From Promethearchaeota archaeon (GTDB lineage: Archaea; Asgardarchaeota; Lokiarchaeia; Sigyniarchaeales; SOKP01): a stretch of DNA of 64,000 nt. The position numbers were made by a program, and so were the translations under genes. Each line of letters starts with the position of its first letter. The first letter of the stretch is position 1. The notes under the pieces were generated by a model. That model had not been told where the DNA came from, did not search any database, and saw only the letters and a list, made by a program, of their open reading frames with translations. The stretch lies in the NCBI GenBank assembly GCA_016840165.1, contig JAEOSU010000038.1, positions 1 to 64,000 on the forward strand. The letters are read 5' to 3'. Shown one piece after another: positions 59,223-64,000 of this stretch.

Positions 59223-59741
59223 ATTCCAAAAACGGAAAAAACTGATAATGATGAGATTAATGTTCAGAATAATTTTAAAGAACAAATAAAACAACTTGAA
59301 ATCAAAATAAAAGATTTAAAAGAAGAAGTGGCTAAGAATCAAAAAGAAATGCTCCAGCGAATAGAAGAGACAATAAAAACCCAAGAGGAAATCATAATGG
59401 ACATGATTAAAAAATTCAATAATGAGTTTTATCAACATAAAACCAATGTTTTAGAGGACTTAGAGCATATTAAAAATCAGCAAGATGTTCTCAAAATCTC
59501 TTATACGGTAAATGAGAAAAAGCTTTTAGATAAAATAGAAAAAATCGTAATTAAAAAAGTTCATGAAAAAATTAATGGAAGGGAAAATGAAATTTTAATG
59601 AAAATTTGGGTAGAAGAATTTAAAGATATCATAGCTAATTTTGAAAAACTGAAAAAAGTAGACCCCAAAGAATTTAAAATTCGATTAAAAGAAATAACTG
59701 ACACTATTGAAATGTTTAAATCTAAAATACTAATTGAATAA
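59223..59741 (+). CDS. Coiled-coil protein (start probably ATT 59223 rather than GTG 59328)
   Basis: Frame open 35 codons upstream; GAGGTGA SD 6 nt before ATT. Confidence 0.7.
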   Translation: MPKTEKTDNDEINVQNNFKEQIKQLEIKIKDLKEEVAKNQKEMLQRIEETIKTQEEIIMDMIKKFNNEFYQHKTNVLEDLEHIKNQQDVLKISYTVNEKKLLDKIEKIVIKKVHEKINGRENEILMKIWVEEFKDIIANFEKLKKVDPKEFKIRLKEITDTIEMFKSKILIE

Positions 59742-59747
59742 GAAAAA

Positions 59748-60887
59748 TTAATTTAATTTTGGAGGAGGAACATAGACTCTTCTCATACCCTCAATTAATC
59801 TAATAGCATTTTCAGGGCAGAAATGTGCACAAACACCACAACCAATGCAAATTTTCTCATTTACTTCTGCAATATTTTCAGTATTCAAATGAATTGCCTC
59901 TACAGAACACTTTTCTACACAAATACCACATCCAGTACAAAGATCCTCATCAATAGAAGAGAGATAATTTGTGGAATTTATCATTGCTGTCATTCCACCC
60001 CTCCACCAATCGAGCGTTCCACAACAACATTTGCAACAGTTACATACACTTGTTTCGGCTTTTTGAATATCTGAATGTGGATGAAATGCCTTATGAACCA
60101 AACCATCTTGTTCAGACTGCTTCATTATTTTTAAGGCCTCCTCTTTCGAAACTAATCTAGCAAATCCTTGTTCGGAAACGAATCTAGCTGATTTCCCGAA
60201 AGTAAAACAATTTTCTCTTAATTGAGTCTGCTTACATGGCTCTCCTAGTAAATCTTTGTGATTTCGGCAGAAACAATGACCCACGGCAATATCATCAAAT
60301 TTTAGTATCAAATCTTCTATTCTTTGGGTCGGAATAATGTCTTCTTCGGGAACTTCTAAATTCTCATTAACGATAATCTGAACTTCATCTCCCGATATGT
60401 TTTTTTCTAAAAGGGGTAATGTCCTGTCAAAAGGGCGCATTTTTTCGAAGATCGGAATGATAGAGTCATAATTCATTTGTATAAAATCTTCAACCTCATC
60501 AAAATAACTAGCAAATAACTCAGCAAGAGCTTTTTCATCTGCGGTATGCTGAATTTTTCCCATGAATGTGTATTCAAAAGCACCAACCATTACTAAAGGC
60601 ATTAATCGATATACCATAATCCCTTCAGAATTTGGTTGATTAAAGATATAACCTTTCTTTGCTAATGATTTGACAAGACGAAAAATTTGATCATCAGGCA
60701 TCTTGCTACTTTTTCTTAATTCTTCAAGAGTTTGGGAAACCTTTCTTCTAAAGGCTTCAACCAAGGCTAATTCATCTTCATTAATCATTTGTTTAATGAT
60801 ACTAATTAAAGTCTCATTAATAGGAAAAGGAAGTGAACCCGCCTTAATTATAATACGTGCGGCTTTATTATATTGTTCGACTGACAA
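59748..60887 (-). CDS. Iron-sulfur protein with N-terminal wHTH-like region and C-terminal 2x[4Fe-4S]
   Basis: CFCR, C, GLVH, CNCCKCCC, CxGCGxC...C twice. Confidence 0.88.
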   Translation of the reverse strand: MSVEQYNKAARIIIKAGSLPFPINETLISIIKQMINEDELALVEAFRRKVSQTLEELRKSSKMPDDQIFRLVKSLAKKGYIFNQPNSEGIMVYRLMPLVMVGAFEYTFMGKIQHTADEKALAELFASYFDEVEDFIQMNYDSIIPIFEKMRPFDRTLPLLEKNISGDEVQIIVNENLEVPEEDIIPTQRIEDLILKFDDIAVGHCFCRNHKDLLGEPCKQTQLRENCFTFGKSARFVSEQGFARLVSKEEALKIMKQSEQDGLVHKAFHPHSDIQKAETSVCNCCKCCCGTLDWWRGGMTAMINSTNYLSSIDEDLCTGCGICVEKCSVEAIHLNTENIAEVNEKICIGCGVCAHFCPENAIRLIEGMRRVYVPPPKLN

Positions 60888-61061
60888 TTTTGTTCAATAA
60901 ATTTTGTCTGTAATATTACTTCGTTAAATGATATATATCATTAATAGGTTTCATTTAAGAATTATTGGACTACTAATATTATAAAATAAATAGAAATTTT
61001 ATTATAATTAAATAGGTTGTTTAAAAAAACCTTTTATATAAAAATTTCTGATATATTCATC

Positions 61062-61643
61062 ATGTCGCAATCTAATATTATAATAAAATTAAAAAATGAT
61101 GCAGAAGCGGTATATGCATTTCCAAATAAGAAAAAGGAATTTTTCATTGATTTATTCAATGCGAGTCCAAATTATTTACCTCAAGCAAAAATAAGAATTG
61201 AAGGTCCTCCCGAAGTTAAAATGCTTGTGAAATCTGAATGGTATGGAGGTGTACCGGCTGGACAATCCAAAAGACGCCTATATAGTATTATTCCAAAAGA
61301 AGAAGGAATATTTCAATTTACTGCCTCTCTCACTAGTAAAACAAGACCAATAATCGATATCCCTTTCGAGGTAAGGGTAGGGAACGTTGCTGTGACTCCA
61401 TTATTATCAAAACCTCCAACAACACCAAACGCTACTAAAGTAATGCAGAAAATCAACTGTCCTTACTGTCACGAATTAATTGACGATGATGCGTCTTTTT
61501 GTCCCCATTGTGGCTCAAGTATTCAACAAAAATTGGAGGAATCTAAAAAGGATGGAAAGGATACTAAGTTTTGTACAAAATGCGGCACCGAGCTTCCCAT
61601 AGATGCAAAATTCTGTGCTAAATGTGGCACTAAATTAAAATAA
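61062..61643 (+). CDS. Ig-like domain plus double zinc-ribbon protein
   Basis: CPYC..FCPHCG and FCTKCG..FCAKCG; ATG at 61062. Confidence 0.8.
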   Translation: MSQSNIIIKLKNDAEAVYAFPNKKKEFFIDLFNASPNYLPQAKIRIEGPPEVKMLVKSEWYGGVPAGQSKRRLYSIIPKEEGIFQFTASLTSKTRPIIDIPFEVRVGNVAVTPLLSKPPTTPNATKVMQKINCPYCHELIDDDASFCPHCGSSIQQKLEESKKDGKDTKFCTKCGTELPIDAKFCAKCGTKLK

Positions 61644-61812
61644 ATACCTCTAATCTTTATTTTTATTGTTTACTGCTTTCATCACTAATTAAAATGACGC
61701 CAGAGTGTTTTCTCTAGAAATATAGAATAATATTTTTAAGCGAAAATAATATTATAGTCTGATATATACTGGGATTTTATAATTCATTTCAAAATTCAAT
61801 TTGAAATCTGAT

Positions 61813-63993
61813 ATGAAACTAACAAACCTAAAAATTAATGATTTTTTTAATGAAATTGATAAATTCACATTTTTGGTAGGCGCTGGATGTTCTATTGACA
61901 GTCCTTCTAACCTTCCTGCTGGTTTTGCGATGATGGAAGCCTTAATTGAACATACATGCCATCAATCAGAGTGGAAAGGTATTATTGAGCTTATGAAATC
62001 GGGACAATTGCGATTTGAAACCCTCGTTGAGATTATACGAGATCAATTAGATCCCACGCTTGAACTCATTGATTTCTATGGAATGTGCGATAAACCAAAT
62101 ATTCAACATTTTTTCTTAGCTGATATGTTAATAAAAGGTCATTTTGTAATGACCACTAATTTCGATCATTTGATTGAATATGCCCTAAATCATTCAGGTA
62201 TACCTTTAGGAGATATTGTTCCGATAATAACTAGAGAAGATTTTGAAAGATATACTGACCCTTATGAGTTACTAAATCAAGGAAAGAAGCTAGTTTATAA
62301 AGTTCATGGCTCTCCTACGAACTTAATAACTAAACAATCCACAAAAGATTCTTTAATAGCTACAATTCAGGCTTTTGGTTCAAATAAAGAAGCAGAAAAC
62401 GTTTTTCAACTTGAATCATTTAAACAACCTGCATTTGAAAACATCACTAAAGAACGTTCATTAGTTGTTATTGGATATTCAGGTAGCGATGACTTTGACA
62501 TAGTTCCTACATTAGCAGTGTTAAGACAATTAAAGAATGTGATTTGGATTAACTATTCAAATGACATCAAAATGGGAAATGAGCAGATTTATGAGATTAA
62601 TGAGAATACTTCTCAATCATTAAATAAACTGGATTTGAATTTGAAAAAAGTAGTCCAGATCCTCTTAAAAATATGGCAGGCTCGAAATACTGAACATGTT
62701 TATTTAGTTAATGTCAATACATCCACTCTAGCCGAAGAGTTAATTGAATCCAAACCAAAGCTAAGTGTAGAAGACTTTTCCTTACAACCGACCGCTTATC
62801 TCAATAGAATTTATCCTGATGTAGAGGACGCTTTAAAATTCTATATACCTTACAAAATATATATTGATAAGGATTTATATGATAATGCTTTACCTTGTCT
62901 CAAAAAGTTACTTCGCGTTGCTGAAGATACAGATGATAAGAACTGGAAAATACTTACTCTGAATAATATTGGAGAACTTTATCATTCAATAGGAAATTAT
63001 GCTGATGCTCTAACTAATTTAGAAAATGCATTGGAACTGGCTAAAAATTTAGGTAGTATATTTGGAATAAATATTAAATCCACTATCTTTAATAATTTAG
63101 CAACCGTTTATTCGAGCAGAAGAGACTATCCAGCTGCCATTAATTATTATAAGGACGCTGCGAGGATTCTTAGGCAAAATGGTAATTTGCATGGCACGAT
63201 GGTTAATTTAAATAATGTCGGAGATATTTATCGGACACAGGATCGCTTTCCTGAAGCGTTGAAATATTATGAAGAGGCATTAGATATTGCCAATCAAATT
63301 GGAGATATAAATGCTCGTGGTTTAATATTGAACAACAGTGGAACTATGTATGTCAGTCAGAGAAACTATTTAGAAGCAGAAAAACGATATAATGAAGCTT
63401 TAAAAATCTCAAAACAATTAGGTGATAGAAGCTTAAATTCATCTTGTCTCCTTAATATCGGTAATCTAAGGCGAATCCAAGGGAATACCCAGGAAGCCTC
63501 CAGGTTATTCAATGAAGCACTTATCATAGCAGAAGAGATTGGAGATGTTGAAGCTAAATCCTCAATATTAGAGTACATTAAATTGAATAATCAACAAACT
63601 TCGGGAACACAAAAGGCACTTCTTTCTAAAGATATTGGCGTGGTAACTGAGGATATTGACTGCCATCCAAAATGGACTAATAACGATATAAAGAGTTTTA
63701 TTAAAGGTTTTACCGAAGGTTTTTTTAATGAATTTCGAGATTCACTTAATTGGCAACGTATAAAAGTCGTTTATGAAGAACTCGATTCAAATACTTTTAC
63801 AATCTCATCTGGTTCTCCAATAAAAGCAACGTTTCAAATATTAGAAAAAAGTAAGAAGAAAAAGATGCTTCAAATTAAATGGGAGGAGCGGAGTGACATA
63901 GCTAGGTCTGTATGGATTGGCATAGTTAAACAATTTAGAATTGTTTTCTCAAATCCGGGGCTTAAATCCATTCAAAAATTAATAAAAAAATAA
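61813..63993 (+). CDS. SIR2-like (SIR2_2) domain plus TPR protein
   Basis: GAGCS, TTNFD, KVHGS, IGYSGSD; about 6 TPRs (LNNIG..Y...G.Y..AL). Confidence 0.9.
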   Translation: MKLTNLKINDFFNEIDKFTFLVGAGCSIDSPSNLPAGFAMMEALIEHTCHQSEWKGIIELMKSGQLRFETLVEIIRDQLDPTLELIDFYGMCDKPNIQHFFLADMLIKGHFVMTTNFDHLIEYALNHSGIPLGDIVPIITREDFERYTDPYELLNQGKKLVYKVHGSPTNLITKQSTKDSLIATIQAFGSNKEAENVFQLESFKQPAFENITKERSLVVIGYSGSDDFDIVPTLAVLRQLKNVIWINYSNDIKMGNEQIYEINENTSQSLNKLDLNLKKVVQILLKIWQARNTEHVYLVNVNTSTLAEELIESKPKLSVEDFSLQPTAYLNRIYPDVEDALKFYIPYKIYIDKDLYDNALPCLKKLLRVAEDTDDKNWKILTLNNIGELYHSIGNYADALTNLENALELAKNLGSIFGINIKSTIFNNLATVYSSRRDYPAAINYYKDAARILRQNGNLHGTMVNLNNVGDIYRTQDRFPEALKYYEEALDIANQIGDINARGLILNNSGTMYVSQRNYLEAEKRYNEALKISKQLGDRSLNSSCLLNIGNLRRIQGNTQEASRLFNEALIIAEEIGDVEAKSSILEYIKLNNQQTSGTQKALLSKDIGVVTEDIDCHPKWTNNDIKSFIKGFTEGFFNEFRDSLNWQRIKVVYEELDSNTFTISSGSPIKATFQILEKSKKKKMLQIKWEERSDIARSVWIGIVKQFRIVFSNPGLKSIQKLIKK

Positions 63994-64000
63994 TTATAAA

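Noticed and set aside
1526-63578. Short ORFs nested in or antisense to long genes (e.g. 1526, 4785, 6183, 7672, 9264, 12350, 13108, 16367, 20655, 27292, 42151, 52808, 59823, 63366)
   Set aside because: Shadow frames of well-supported genes, with no motifs

Overview
AT-rich, gene-dense archaeal chromosomal DNA. It is most consistent with an Asgard archaeon of the Lokiarchaeia type: it carries Rab-like and longin-fused small GTPases, a RING-finger protein, TIR/PCI and SIR2-TPR proteins, an IPGF-anchored surface protein and GGTGA-type Shine-Dalgarno sites. That assignment is an inference. The main feature is a ~10.7 kb minus-strand cluster (3386-14094), divergent from an Lrp regulator, which joins a sulfur relay (TusA, DsrE/F/H, a DsrE2-like protein, a second TusA) to methanogen-type HdrCBA-MvhD. 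Where the usual H2-oxidising input would be, there are two unusual chimeras. One is an MvhG-like small subunit fused to what looks like a Ni-ligand-free remnant of a [NiFe]-hydrogenase large subunit. The other is an FrhB-type F420-binding subunit with a whole GltD/NfnB-type NAD(P)H flavoprotein inserted into it. Together these suggest an H2-independent F420/NAD(H)-linked Hdr complex acting on carrier-bound persulfides. Other observations: three 30-bp-phased operator-like boxes, a 20-bp duplication of the lrp 3' end, a head-to-head junction of two 5'-truncated genes, an unannotated small ORF, probable ATT/CTG start codons, a His-less corrinoid/MtaA fusion and a split Pls-like membrane acyltransferase pair. 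No tRNA, rRNA, CRISPR array or transposase was recognised. All family calls come from reading motifs by eye; no searches were run.
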